Assembly (NCBI GenBank): GCA_964530625.1
Contig: CAZHAK010000012.1
Span: forward strand, 8,654 to 72,653
Source: an uncultured Alphaproteobacteria bacterium
GTDB lineage: Bacteria > Electryoneota > RPQS01
Direction of reading: 5' to 3'
Length of the DNA stretch: 64,000 bases
This document shows, piece after piece, positions 1-9,007 of the stretch. A model generated the notes under the pieces. The model worked only from the letters and a program-made list of their open reading frames with translations, was not told the DNA's origin and did not search any database. The stretch's first letter is position 1, and each line of letters opens with the position of its first letter. Position numbers and translations under genes: made by a program.

Positions 1-158
1 TCGAAGGAGTAGATAAAATCGAACGTCGCTCTTTCTTTACCCTTGATCACGGTGTAGGGCGTGACCACCCGTTTTGGCTCTACACGCGGCGCCCCGATTT
101 CCAAACAATCTATCACGATCAGTGCGTCCAGAGAATGTTTTCGAGTCGATTCCGCCAT
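1..158 (-). CDS. hypothetical protein, N-terminal 52 codons only (gene continues off the left edge)
   Basis: The ATG at 156-158 lies 2 nt after the stop of the upstream gene (161-163), with GAGGAAG upstream. The frame is open to the window edge (MAESTRKHSLDALIVIDCLEIGAPRVEPKRVV...). It is absent from the ORF track because it is truncated. Confidence 0.4.
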   Translation of the reverse strand, partial: MAESTRKHSLDALIVIDCLEIGAPRVEPKRVVTPYTVIKGKERATFDFIYSF

Positions 159-160
159 GC

Positions 161-1246
161 CTACTTCCTCAACTTCTCTTTTGCCGTAATCACAGCCTCA
201 ACAATTTTGTCGGGGCCATGCACGAGCACATCCGCCGTCGGCAATCCGTATTCTTTTTCAAGCTGCGCGCAGACGGAGTCAATCTTATCCGCAGGCAAGT
301 CTTCATGATTCACGGTAATAGCGATAACCGGCTTGCTCGAAATGATTTGTATCGCTTCAATCTGGCGTTTTAAGTCGTGCAGGACGTATCCCGGAAAGCC
401 GTCGTACTCTTTGCGCATCGGCGCGTGCTGCAAGACAACGACGTCCGGTCTGCCTGCTGCTAAAATTTCAAAGCCACCGGGGTAGGCAGGATTCAACAAA
501 CTTCCCTGACCTTCGATAACAATGAACTCAGGGTGCTGCTCATTCCAAGCGCTCCAAACCGCATGCTCAATTTCTCCCGCTACAAAATCATTCACCAAAG
601 AATCCATGATACAACCATAGCGCGCGCCTTGCAGCCAGGTGGTTTGGCCCGTGCCGATCAATTCGGCTGATCGCTCACGATCTGCAAGACCGAAGACAAT
701 CCGCCACGCGGTCGTCCGCTTACCGACTGCCGAGTCTGTGCCTAAGACCGCGATCTTAAACGAATCCACTTGCTCGATCTTTCCTTCAAAGAAATGCAGC
801 GCATCCACCGAGGGGGGCTTGCGCACGTCGGTCAATGTCACTCCGCGCGCAATCGCCAAATCCATCATAATCGGATCTTCCGTGAGATAATCGTGCAGGC
901 CGCAAACCACGTTCAGTTTCATTTCAATCGCCTGCCGCACGGCTTCGCGCGCTTCGCCCGACAACCGTCCACCGTCGGGAGCAAGTCCCACAATAAGATG
1001 CGTCGGTGGTTTTCCGGCATCACGCGCCGCCGCCGCCGCATCATAGGTTGATCCATAGATCATGATGCCGGATTTCTTTCCGTCCAAGACTTCGAGGGCG
1101 TCTTGCCCAGCGTATTTTGAATCTACAACTGAGTGAACCTCAAACCGGCGAGTGAAGCGAGTCAGCCCGTGAGCAGTCTTGCCGTTCGTCGTATTGAAGG
1201 CTCCTTCGCAGTAGACTATAGCCGTTCCGTCGTAATTAAATATCAT
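161..1246 (-). CDS. DUF1611-family protein (DgcN-like family)
   Basis: 361-aa ORF whose overall sequence I recognise as DUF1611. It has a P-loop-like 'GTDSAVGKRTT'. Its start overlaps the upstream stop in an ATGA overlap. Confidence 0.7.
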   Translation of the reverse strand: MIFNYDGTAIVYCEGAFNTTNGKTAHGLTRFTRRFEVHSVVDSKYAGQDALEVLDGKKSGIMIYGSTYDAAAAARDAGKPPTHLIVGLAPDGGRLSGEAREAVRQAIEMKLNVVCGLHDYLTEDPIMMDLAIARGVTLTDVRKPPSVDALHFFEGKIEQVDSFKIAVLGTDSAVGKRTTAWRIVFGLADRERSAELIGTGQTTWLQGARYGCIMDSLVNDFVAGEIEHAVWSAWNEQHPEFIVIEGQGSLLNPAYPGGFEILAAGRPDVVVLQHAPMRKEYDGFPGYVLHDLKRQIEAIQIISSKPVIAITVNHEDLPADKIDSVCAQLEKEYGLPTADVLVHGPDKIVEAVITAKEKLRK

Positions 1247-2409
1247 GCCTTTCTCCCGGTTAACAATACCACATATCTCTCCGGCGGCAGGTGTCCGCCG
1301 GGCACGTTAGCCAGCGCGATTAGACCCGCAGTGGACGCAGGCAGGACGCTCAATCCTTCCTGCTCTTTAAGTTTTTTTGCAAAGGACATCATGGCGCGGT
1401 CTGTCGCGTTGGCCGCCCAGCCGTTGGTGGAGTACATGGCGTCGAGCGCGATGTCGCCGTCAATCGAGTGCCAGTTCACGAGTGGTTCATTCACCGGAGT
1501 TTCGCGAATTTTTTCCGGTGACAAATCTTCGCATGTCTTCGCTCCACGCAAGAACGCTTGCACGACCGGATTCATCCCATGCGAGGAACCGCCCACCATA
1601 CGCGGAACGTGCGACGTTTTGCCGCGACGGTACAAACTCAAGAATCCTTTGTAAATTCCCGCGAGCGTCGTCGCATTGGAAACCGGAACGGCCATCGCCG
1701 CCGGAGCGTCGCGCAATGCGTCGTAAATTTCAAACGCGATTTCACCGTAAGCTTTTAGCTGCAGAGCGGTGTTGGCGCCGCCCGGGTTCGCGTCGTAATA
1801 TTCATTCTTCTCGGCCAACTCGCTTGAGGCCCGCACCGCACCTTCATAGTCGGTATCAATGCGCACGATCTCCGCATTGAATCGCAGCATTTCAGGTATG
1901 CGTCCGGAGTGGAACTTTGCGGGCACATGGATCACGCAACGCAGTCCAGCCGTGCTGGCCGCAAAAGCCATGGCGGCTCCATAGTTGCCGCACGTCGCCA
2001 CGGTAATCGTATCGTAACCGCGGCGGATCGCATCCATCGCCTGCGCGAAGGCAATTCTGTCCTTCTGCGTTCCCGTCGGATTCCCGCCTTCGAACTTCAA
2101 GAATATCTGCCGGACGCCGATTTCCTTTTCGATATTGCGCGCACGATGAAGCGACGTGTCACCGACTTCGGAATCGAAAATATCCTCAAAGGCTTCCAAT
2201 CTCTCGTCAACTGACCTTGACAGGTCAGACGCAATCTTGTGCGCTGACGCAATTTCCGGATCAAAGGTCAGATTGGAGGAAGTGGCTCCGTCCAACAGGG
2301 GGCGAATCTCTGCCGCCTGAACTAGGGCGTGTGAAGCGCTTGTAACTTTCTCGCTGTCGCCACCGTCGTTGATTTTCATCGTATCTTTGCCCCTCTCTGC
2401 GGTCGCCAT
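1243..2409 (-). CDS. PLP-dependent enzyme, threonine-synthase-like (Trp-synthase beta superfamily)
   Basis: Carries the PLP-lysine motif 'FEGGNPTGTQKDR'. I placed the start at ATG 2409, which has AAGGAGG immediately upstream; the track ORF extends to 2448. Confidence 0.75.
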   Translation of the reverse strand: MATAERGKDTMKINDGGDSEKVTSASHALVQAAEIRPLLDGATSSNLTFDPEIASAHKIASDLSRSVDERLEAFEDIFDSEVGDTSLHRARNIEKEIGVRQIFLKFEGGNPTGTQKDRIAFAQAMDAIRRGYDTITVATCGNYGAAMAFAASTAGLRCVIHVPAKFHSGRIPEMLRFNAEIVRIDTDYEGAVRASSELAEKNEYYDANPGGANTALQLKAYGEIAFEIYDALRDAPAAMAVPVSNATTLAGIYKGFLSLYRRGKTSHVPRMVGGSSHGMNPVVQAFLRGAKTCEDLSPEKIRETPVNEPLVNWHSIDGDIALDAMYSTNGWAANATDRAMMSFAKKLKEQEGLSVLPASTAGLIALANVPGGHLPPERYVVLLTGRKA

Positions 2410-2923
2410 ATGGCCTCCTTTTGACCAATTCTCTGTTCGCCTACCCAATCACTTGAAATATATAGAAATTGTGTGACTCTTGCACGGAAGAACCGCCAGA
2501 ATTGCTTCTATTTCGACTGTTCACTGTTCAGGAAATACCTGATATTAAACGAGTAAACAATGGTCAGAACCTTACGGAACAAAGACCTGCACAAGTAAGG
2601 GGTTTGTATTCAGAACACGAGAACAAGATCAACAGAACAGCAAAGCACTTTCATTGACAACCTGCTTCACACTCGTTTTGCTATCCCTGTATTGGTTAGC
2701 CACTTCAACAAATCTCGCACTGTCTAGAGCCTGTATTTCAGGAGGCTGCGGACCTGCAGTTTAGACAGGGAAAGCGCCTGTCCAAAATTAAAGTTTTACC
2801 GCTAATTTGACGATACCCCTAATGAAGGCGATTGATAAGTCTCACTGGTGATTGATGTAAACTTTGATTTTCCATAGGCTTATCCTTCGAACGGTACGTA
2901 TCGTTTAGAAAAGGAGAATCCAA

Positions 2924-3133
2924 ATGGATGCTTCAGGAATTTCAACCGGTTCCAACATTGCTTCGATTGTGCAAAAGGCGACGAGCGAAGCTCCGGCCAC
3001 TGCTCCAAAGCAGGCCGAGGCTCCTCAGCAGTCCTATTTGTCGCAGCTTGAGCGACTGGGCGCCGATCATCCGCTGACCAAGTTCCTTGGAGGATTTTGG
3101 TCGCAACAGCAGCAAGTGGATGTGACGGTCTAA
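2924..3133 (+). CDS. small hypothetical protein (69 aa)
   Basis: An AAAGGAGA SD lies 7 nt before the ATG, and a strong intrinsic terminator follows about 30 nt after the stop. Composition is A/Q/S-rich, with no family recognised. Confidence 0.5.
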   Translation: MDASGISTGSNIASIVQKATSEAPATAPKQAEAPQQSYLSQLERLGADHPLTKFLGGFWSQQQQVDVTV

Positions 3134-3161
3134 CACGGTTTCCTCTCAACCCCGAGAGACG

Positions 3162-3195
3162 AAAAGCCCCGCGAGAACTTGCGGGGCTTTTCAGT
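3162..3195 (+). terminator. rho-independent terminator
   Basis: Hairpin aaaagccccgc / gcggggctttt with an 8-nt loop, followed by a T-run. Confidence 0.75.
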
Positions 3196-3421
3196 TTCAC
3201 AAAAGAAATGTTTTTAAAGGCAATGTTGTCAAATAATTGTTTTTTATGTTTTTGGAATCAATAACACTGGACAAGCACACTACCTCCTGTCGGAAACGCA
3301 CTTGACACTCAGTGACCGCAAACGTACCTTGACAAGGGTACTTGGCTCTTCTTTGATCTTAATGAGTTTGGACTCGGTGCAAGTTTCTTTTTTTGGATCG
3401 CAGGAAGCACTTGCTTCCAAC

Positions 3422-3434
3422 AAAAAAAAAAAAA
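3422..3434. repeat. A13 homopolymer tract
   Basis: Thirteen consecutive A residues, 66 nt upstream of the ATG at 3501. It is preceded by the hairpin ggaagca/tgcttcc and a T7 run at 3388-3394. Confidence 0.9.
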
Positions 3435-3500
3435 GTAACTTAGGCTGTCTGCGGTCGCCAGACATTTTTGGGTGGGATATTCAAATCAAGGAGAACGGCC

Positions 3501-3908
3501 ATGAAGTTTAACAGCGCAAAGAAACTCGCATATGTCGGTTTGATTGTAGTAGCCACAGTTTGGATTCTGCAAGACGGGTTCGCCCTAAACATCGTCCACA
3601 CCCACACCGCAAAAGGGTGGCTAAATCAAGAATTTGAAGTTACGACTCCTCAGACCGTTATCATGGAAGGTAAGGCACCTTCAAGCGGCACGCTTCGCGT
3701 CATGCTTGACCGTTTAGGTATGGTTAGAGTGGCTGAGTTTGATATTCAGAATGGGCAATGTAGATCGGACAACATAGGCGAACTAAGTTCTCATCTCTAT
3801 GATTTTTCTTCAAGAGTGACGAACTATGGTTCAGGCACAGGAAAGTCATGCTTGCGAAGCCCGACCGTTTATTCGCAGTGCAGCTGTGGTGGTGGGCAAG
3901 GTAGCTAA
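3501..3908 (+). CDS. hypothetical membrane-anchored/secreted protein (135 aa)
   Basis: AAGGAGA SD 7 nt upstream of ATG 3501. The N-terminus has a hydrophobic helix (LAYVGLIVVATVWIL) and the C-terminus is Cys/Gly-rich. The track ORF starts at 3468. Confidence 0.6.
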   Translation: MKFNSAKKLAYVGLIVVATVWILQDGFALNIVHTHTAKGWLNQEFEVTTPQTVIMEGKAPSSGTLRVMLDRLGMVRVAEFDIQNGQCRSDNIGELSSHLYDFSSRVTNYGSGTGKSCLRSPTVYSQCSCGGGQGS

Positions 3909-3949
3909 TCACATGATGGGGCGTTTGCGACCCCGCCCCTAGAATTCTA

Positions 3950-5608
3950 ATGATAATCATCGCATCAATCTTAATCGCCTTGGTTGTAACTCAATCAGCT
4001 CGCCCAACAATTATAGTTGTAGAAGCTGGAGAGAGCATCCAAATCGCATTAGCTTCATCAATCACTGGCGATACAGTCCTTGTTCAACCCGGCGATTATC
4101 ATGAGAGCCTTCGACTTCCAAACCACTCAGTTACACTTGCGGGGAGCTATCTATTTTCATCGGACACGATGGATATTCGCGAAACGACGCTCTTTCCTGA
4201 CAGCGTGTCACTGGACACGAATAGCTGCATAGTAGTTACTTCCGGCAATCAGATATGCCATCGCGTTGTTGGCCTAACCCTTAAAGGCGGAAAGGGTACT
4301 CAAACAAATATTTTTAATAATCAAAAGAGCGGCGGCGGGGTTTATGCCAGAAATTCTTGTGTTACAATCGAATTCTGTAGAATCCTGGATTGTAAGACAA
4401 CATTCGGCGGTGGAATTGCCGCGATTGGACCAAGCTTTGAGGTTCGCTCCGGATTTGTCGAAGTCAACAATTGTTTCATTCGAGGCTGTACAGCGCAGGA
4501 AAATGGGGGCGGTTTTTTTGCGCTGAGTTGTAGCCTCGCATTTGATCACTGTGAATTAGTTAAAGATTCCTGCTTAAATTTCTGCGGAGGAATAGAGGCA
4601 AGTCAAAGCTACATACATGGAACAAACACCACCGTTGATTCGGCCTACGGTTCTTCTAGCTCTTTGGATATTAGCACCAGTGAAGTTTACTTAAATCAAT
4701 GCAGTTTTTTACACGGCACATGTATTCCCCATCCCTTATCGAACAGCTTTTTTCACATAGGGAGTAGCTCAGGTAGAGTCGCAGCATGCACGTTCAGTGA
4801 GAATTTAACGGAGTACCCAGGAGGTTCTATCATAGGCGATCCCGCACCAGAAGTAGTTGGGTGCGTTTTTGAAAGAATCACGGCAACGATTTACACAGCG
4901 ACAGTCTTGATCGGGTACGACGATAACACTCAGTTCGCATACAACATTATTCGCGATAACGTAAACATTGCGGGAGGCGCGATCCAGCCGTTTCAGAGAA
5001 CGACCGCACGCATTCATCACAACCTTATCACGGGCAATCGGTCACTGCAAGAGAATCGTCCGTCCGCGATTTTGTGCGTCTCAAACTGCAACCCAACGAT
5101 TGACTCCAATCGAATTGAAGGCAATCATGGCAGTTCAGTCGGATTCATTATTGAGTTAGGTGAACATCACTGGGACTTATCGCGGAACTGGTGGGGGCAC
5201 GAGAGCGGCCCTTACGACGCGGTACGCAATGCGGGCGGACAGGGCGACACCATTCAAACAGATTCCGTTGTCTTTGAACCTTGGCTTCTGACTCCGCCTG
5301 AAACGTCAGTTGGCATAGGGCCCATACATCCGAAACAGCCGTTAGCGAGTACTTGGGAGATTCTGGCAGTCTATCCGAATCCGTTCAACAATTCTTTCAC
5401 AGTTTCCATTGCAGGTTTTGCACGCAGCGATTTTGAGGTGAAACTCGTAGACCTACTTGGCCGCCAGGTCGCTTCCATCCATAGCGGCTCACTAACCGGG
5501 ACATCTCTTCGTTACGATGCCGCCACGCAGCTTGCAACTGGACTATACTTTCTCGTCGCACAGGACAGCCGATCCGTTAGCGTTAAGAAAGTAGTCTTTC
5601 TAAAGTAA
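3950..5608 (+). CDS. right-handed parallel beta-helix repeat protein with T9SS C-terminal sorting domain
   Basis: Has an N-terminal signal-like helix and repeated G/N/C-rich beta-helix turns. The C-terminus 'VYPNPFNNSFTVSI...GLYFLVAQ...KKVVFLK' is typical of a Por secretion tail. Confidence 0.8.
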   Translation: MIIIASILIALVVTQSARPTIIVVEAGESIQIALASSITGDTVLVQPGDYHESLRLPNHSVTLAGSYLFSSDTMDIRETTLFPDSVSLDTNSCIVVTSGNQICHRVVGLTLKGGKGTQTNIFNNQKSGGGVYARNSCVTIEFCRILDCKTTFGGGIAAIGPSFEVRSGFVEVNNCFIRGCTAQENGGGFFALSCSLAFDHCELVKDSCLNFCGGIEASQSYIHGTNTTVDSAYGSSSSLDISTSEVYLNQCSFLHGTCIPHPLSNSFFHIGSSSGRVAACTFSENLTEYPGGSIIGDPAPEVVGCVFERITATIYTATVLIGYDDNTQFAYNIIRDNVNIAGGAIQPFQRTTARIHHNLITGNRSLQENRPSAILCVSNCNPTIDSNRIEGNHGSSVGFIIELGEHHWDLSRNWWGHESGPYDAVRNAGGQGDTIQTDSVVFEPWLLTPPETSVGIGPIHPKQPLASTWEILAVYPNPFNNSFTVSIAGFARSDFEVKLVDLLGRQVASIHSGSLTGTSLRYDAATQLATGLYFLVAQDSRSVSVKKVVFLK

Positions 5609-5624
5609 GCATTTGCACAATCAT

Positions 5625-5655
5625 AAAAGCCCCGCGATAGCTCGCGGGGCTTTTT
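5625..5655. terminator. bidirectional rho-independent terminator
   Basis: Hairpin aaaagccccgcga / tcgcggggctttt flanked by A-run and T-run. It sits between the convergent genes ending at 5608 and at 5673 (rplQ). Confidence 0.8.
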
Positions 5656-5672
5656 AATCTAAGCTTTGTCTC

Positions 5673-6104
5673 TTATGCCGCGGCCTTCTTACTCTTCTTG
5701 GCCTTCTTCTCGTCGGCGGCGGGTGTGGCTGCTGCGGCTTGGACGCCTTCGTAGCCTACCAGCTCGATAATCGCGATGGGAGCGGCGTCACCGCGGCGGA
5801 CACCCATCTTAATGATGCGTGTGTATCCACCCGGACGATCGGCGTTCTTGGGGCCGATTTCGCTGAACAGCATTTGCAGGATCGCAGGCTTCGTGCAGAA
5901 GCGCGCAACCAAACGGCGCGACGCGACCGAATCCGCCTTAGCCTTGGTGATTAGGCGTTCGGCAAAGGGGCGAAGCTCTTTCGCTTTGGCTATGGTCGTC
6001 TTGATCCGCTTGTGCTCAAAGAGGTCTTGCGCCATGTTGATCATCAACGCCTTTTTATGGCTGGACGTTCGCGAAAGCTGGCGTCCTTTATTTAAGTGTC
6101 TCAT
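5673..6104 (-). CDS. rplQ: 50S ribosomal protein L17
   Basis: Sequence 'MRHLNKGRQLSRTSSHKKAL...' and position after rpoA. Has a K/A-rich C-terminal tail. Confidence 0.97.
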   Translation of the reverse strand: MRHLNKGRQLSRTSSHKKALMINMAQDLFEHKRIKTTIAKAKELRPFAERLITKAKADSVASRRLVARFCTKPAILQMLFSEIGPKNADRPGGYTRIIKMGVRRGDAAPIAIIELVGYEGVQAAAATPAADEKKAKKSKKAAA

Positions 6105-7093
6105 TTCTTATCGAAGTCCACAGAGAGATATTTTTCCACGTCCATGCCGAAATGCAGTGACTTGGTCTTCAGAATTTCATTCAGTTCGACGAGTGACTTC
6201 CGGCCAAAATTTTTGAAGCGCAGCATCTCGTTTTCGTCACGGCGCACGAGATCCGCAATCGTGCGAATCTTGGCTTCCTTCAAACAGTTCGCGCTGCGAA
6301 CGGACAGTTCGAGATCCTCGACCGGCTTGCGCAAGAGCTTACGAATTTGCAGAGTCTCTTCGTCGATATCTTCATCGTCGTCCTTTTCGGGCTTCATGTC
6401 GAAGCTGATGAAGAGCGCAATATGGTCACGTAAGACGCGACCAGCGTTTGAGAGAGCGTCTTCCGGAGTCACTGAACCGTCGGTCCAGATTTCCAGAATC
6501 AGTTTTTCGTAGTCCGTGCGCTGACCGACACGAGTATTCTCGATAGTGTAGGTCACATTGCGGATCGGCGAATAAATTGCGTCCAAGGGAATTGTGCCGA
6601 TGGGTGCGTCCGACGGGCGGTTTTCTTCCGCCGGAACGTAGCCGCGGCCCTTCTTGATGGCCAATTCCATCTTGAGTTCAGACTCGCTGTTCAACGTCGC
6701 AATCAGATGATCGGGATTCAGAATCTCGAAATCATTGTTGCCGATTTGCAAATCGCGCGCGGTAAACTCTTTGGGACCTTTCAGCTGGACATAAATTTTG
6801 TCCGGCTTCTTGTTCAAGAGTTTGAAGCGCACACCCTTCAGGTTCAGGATCATCTCGGTAACGTCTTCAGACACACCGGGAATCGTCGAGAACTCGTGCA
6901 GGACTCCGTCCACTTTAATCGTGACAATTGCCGCGCCCTGCAGAGTTGAAATCAGGACACGACGCAGGCTATTACCAATGGTGACTCCATAGCCACGTTC
7001 AAGGGGTTGGACAATGAATTTGCCATAGGTATCCGTATGGGTAGATTCATCAATCTCCACCGCTTCCGGCATTTGGAAGTTCAAACCGTTCAT
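6101..7093 (-). CDS. rpoA: DNA-directed RNA polymerase subunit alpha
   Basis: Contains 'VQPLERGYGVTIGNSLRRVLIS'. I placed the start at ATG 7093 (GAGGAG upstream), which aligns with canonical N-termini; the track ORF extends to 7210. Confidence 0.95.
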   Translation of the reverse strand: MNGLNFQMPEAVEIDESTHTDTYGKFIVQPLERGYGVTIGNSLRRVLISTLQGAAIVTIKVDGVLHEFSTIPGVSEDVTEMILNLKGVRFKLLNKKPDKIYVQLKGPKEFTARDLQIGNNDFEILNPDHLIATLNSESELKMELAIKKGRGYVPAEENRPSDAPIGTIPLDAIYSPIRNVTYTIENTRVGQRTDYEKLILEIWTDGSVTPEDALSNAGRVLRDHIALFISFDMKPEKDDDEDIDEETLQIRKLLRKPVEDLELSVRSANCLKEAKIRTIADLVRRDENEMLRFKNFGRKSLVELNEILKTKSLHFGMDVEKYLSVDFDKK

Positions 7094-7112
7094 GGGTCTC
7101 CTCGAGGTGAAA

Positions 7113-7742
7113 TTAACGCGAGTAGAGTTCGACAACCAACTGCTCGTTGGCTTCGAACGGGATGTCGTTGCGCGCGGGCGATCCCAGGAAGACACCTTCC
7201 ATTTTTGCACGATCGACTTCCAGATTCGGCATCATTTTGCCGTGCGCGGCGAGCTGCATCGAAGAATGGATCACTTCCAATTTACGGGAGCGTTCACGGA
7301 CTTTGATACGGTCATTCGCCTTGAGGATGTAAGACGGGATATTGACCTTTTTGCCATTAACCATGAAGTGCGCGTGCACAACGAGTTGGCGCGCTTGGCG
7401 GCGCGTAGAGGCGAAACCCAGACGATAGATGATATTGTCCAAACGGCTTTCGAGCATTCCCATCAGGTTTTCACCGGTGACACCCTTTTGACGCTGCGCG
7501 ACGGTGAAGAAGCGATGAAACTGACGCTCGAGCAGGCCGTAAGACTCACGGATCTTTTGTTTTTCGAGGAGCTGTCGTCCGTATTCGGAAACCTTACTAC
7601 GACGACCTCGACCGTGCATACCCGGCGGGTAGCCCTTTTTGTCAAACGCCGACTTGCCACTACGAACGCGCAGGCCTTTGAGGTACAATTGCGCGCCGAC
7701 TCGACGACATATTTTATCCGTTGGACCGCGATTTCTTGCCAT
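7113..7742 (-). CDS. rpsD: 30S ribosomal protein S4
   Basis: Sequence and synteny in the order rpsM-rpsK-rpsD-rpoA. Confidence 0.97.
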   Translation of the reverse strand: MARNRGPTDKICRRVGAQLYLKGLRVRSGKSAFDKKGYPPGMHGRGRRSKVSEYGRQLLEKQKIRESYGLLERQFHRFFTVAQRQKGVTGENLMGMLESRLDNIIYRLGFASTRRQARQLVVHAHFMVNGKKVNIPSYILKANDRIKVRERSRKLEVIHSSMQLAAHGKMMPNLEVDRAKMEGVFLGSPARNDIPFEANEQLVVELYSR

Positions 7743-7789
7743 AGACTTACAGGATATTTAGGTGATCAAAAATTACAAAGACGAGAGGA

Positions 7790-8179
7790 TTACACGCGGC
7801 GCGCTTTTTCAGGGCGGCAACCGTTATGGGGTAACGGAGTGACGTCGCGAATCGTCTGAATAGTCAAACCCGACGCCGCGATAGCACGCACGGCTCCATC
7901 ACGCCCGCCGCCGGGGCCGCGCACTTCGATAGAGACTTTTTTCAGACCCAGCGCCATCGCGGCTTTAGCGGCATTGTCGGCGGCCAGCTGCGCGGCGAAC
8001 GGAGTGTTCTTGCGCGAGCCTTTCAAGCCCATCTTGCCTGCGGAAGCCCAGGAAATGGTATTGCCGTAGTTATCGGTAATCGTGATAAGCGTATTGTTGA
8101 AGGAAGATTTGACGTGTACTACGCCAGTATCTTCCACCCGTTCTTTTTTCCGCTTACCTTTTTTCTTGGAAGTTGCCAA
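7790..8179 (-). CDS. rpsK: 30S ribosomal protein S11
   Basis: Contains '[15 protein letters not shown]' and 'PHNGCRP'. The likely start is TTG at 8179, with GGAG 8 nt upstream; the track ORF extends to 8206. Confidence 0.93.
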   Translation of the reverse strand: MATSKKKGKRKKERVEDTGVVHVKSSFNNTLITITDNYGNTISWASAGKMGLKGSRKNTPFAAQLAADNAAKAAMALGLKKVSIEVRGPGGGRDGAVRAIAASGLTIQTIRDVTPLPHNGCRPEKARRV

Positions 8180-8229
8180 GTTATTACTCCGTGAAGAAAC
8201 GATCAACTGCGCGAGCGCAGCAAAATTTA

Positions 8230-8601
8230 TTACTTACCTTTTTTCTTGATCATCAAGTTTTTCTTGCGGCCCTTACGCGTGCGGGAATTATTTTTCGTAT
8301 TCTGTCCGCGAACGGGAAGTCCTTTACGATGGCGCAGACCGCGATAGCAACCTACGTCCATCAAACGCTTGATGTTCATTTGAATCTCGGAACGCAACGG
8401 CCCTTCGAGCTTGTAGTCGGCGATCGTCGCGCGAATCGCAGCGAGTTCGTCGTCATTCAGTTCATTGGTACGCTTGTTCCAATCAATTTCGCACTTCGTC
8501 AAAATCTTCTGAGACGTGGGGCGACCGACGCCAAAAATGTAGGTCAGGGCGACTTCGATGCGCTTATCGCGCGGGATATCTACGCCGGCAAAACGAGCCA
8601 T
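8230..8601 (-). CDS. rpsM: 30S ribosomal protein S13
   Basis: N-terminus '[26 protein letters not shown]'. Confidence 0.97.
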   Translation of the reverse strand: MARFAGVDIPRDKRIEVALTYIFGVGRPTSQKILTKCEIDWNKRTNELNDDELAAIRATIADYKLEGPLRSEIQMNIKRLMDVGCYRGLRHRKGLPVRGQNTKNNSRTRKGRKKNLMIKKKGK

Positions 8602-8630
8602 TGCTTAATTACCTGTGTTACGGCGCGGGG

Positions 8631-8747
8631 CTAACCCTGGCGCTGTTTGTGTTTTTTGGTTCTGGAGCACACGATAAAGACACGGCCGCGACGACGGACG
8701 ATCTTACAGTGTTCACAAATTTTCTTAACGGAAGTACGGACTTTCAT
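8631..8747 (-). CDS. rpmJ: 50S ribosomal protein L36
   Basis: My manual translation gives [38 protein letters not shown] (38 aa). It is below the ORF-track size cutoff. The position between infA and rpsM is canonical. Confidence 0.93.
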   Translation of the reverse strand: MKVRTSVKKICEHCKIVRRRGRVFIVCSRTKKHKQRQG

Positions 8748-8773
8748 GGTCGGTATCGCAATACTTTCTGAGA

Positions 8774-8992
8774 TTACTTATAGCGGTACGTGATGCGTCC
8801 GCGGCTGAGGTCATAAGGAGACAGTTCCACGGTGACTTTGTCGCCGGGCAGGATCTTAATAAAATGCATGCGCATTTTGCCCGAGATGTGACAGAGAACT
8901 TTGTGTCCATTCTCCAGAACTACGCGAAACGTAGCGTTGGGCAGACACTCCTCGATCACGCCGTCAACCTTAATGGACTGTTCTTTGGAAAT
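8774..8992 (-). CDS. infA: translation initiation factor IF-1 (probable ATT start)
   Basis: Contains '[25 protein letters not shown]'. Homology continues upstream of the track start (GTG 8959) as [10 protein letters not shown]. The frame is closed by the map stop at 9008-9010, and the only plausible start is ATT at 8990-8992, with GAGG 5 nt upstream. Confidence 0.85.
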   Translation of the reverse strand: MSKEQSIKVDGVIEECLPNATFRVVLENGHKVLCHISGKMRMHFIKILPGDKVTVELSPYDLSRGRITYRYK

Positions 8993-9007
8993 AGGAACCT
9001 CTAATAC

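Noticed and set aside
3162-5655. Near-identical hairpins (AAAAGCCCCGCGA...GCGGGGCTTTT) as terminal repeats of a mobile element
   Set aside because: Each copy is a self-contained intrinsic terminator correctly placed after a stop codon. There is no transposase or target-site duplication. Shared terminator sequence is a weak sign of common origin only.
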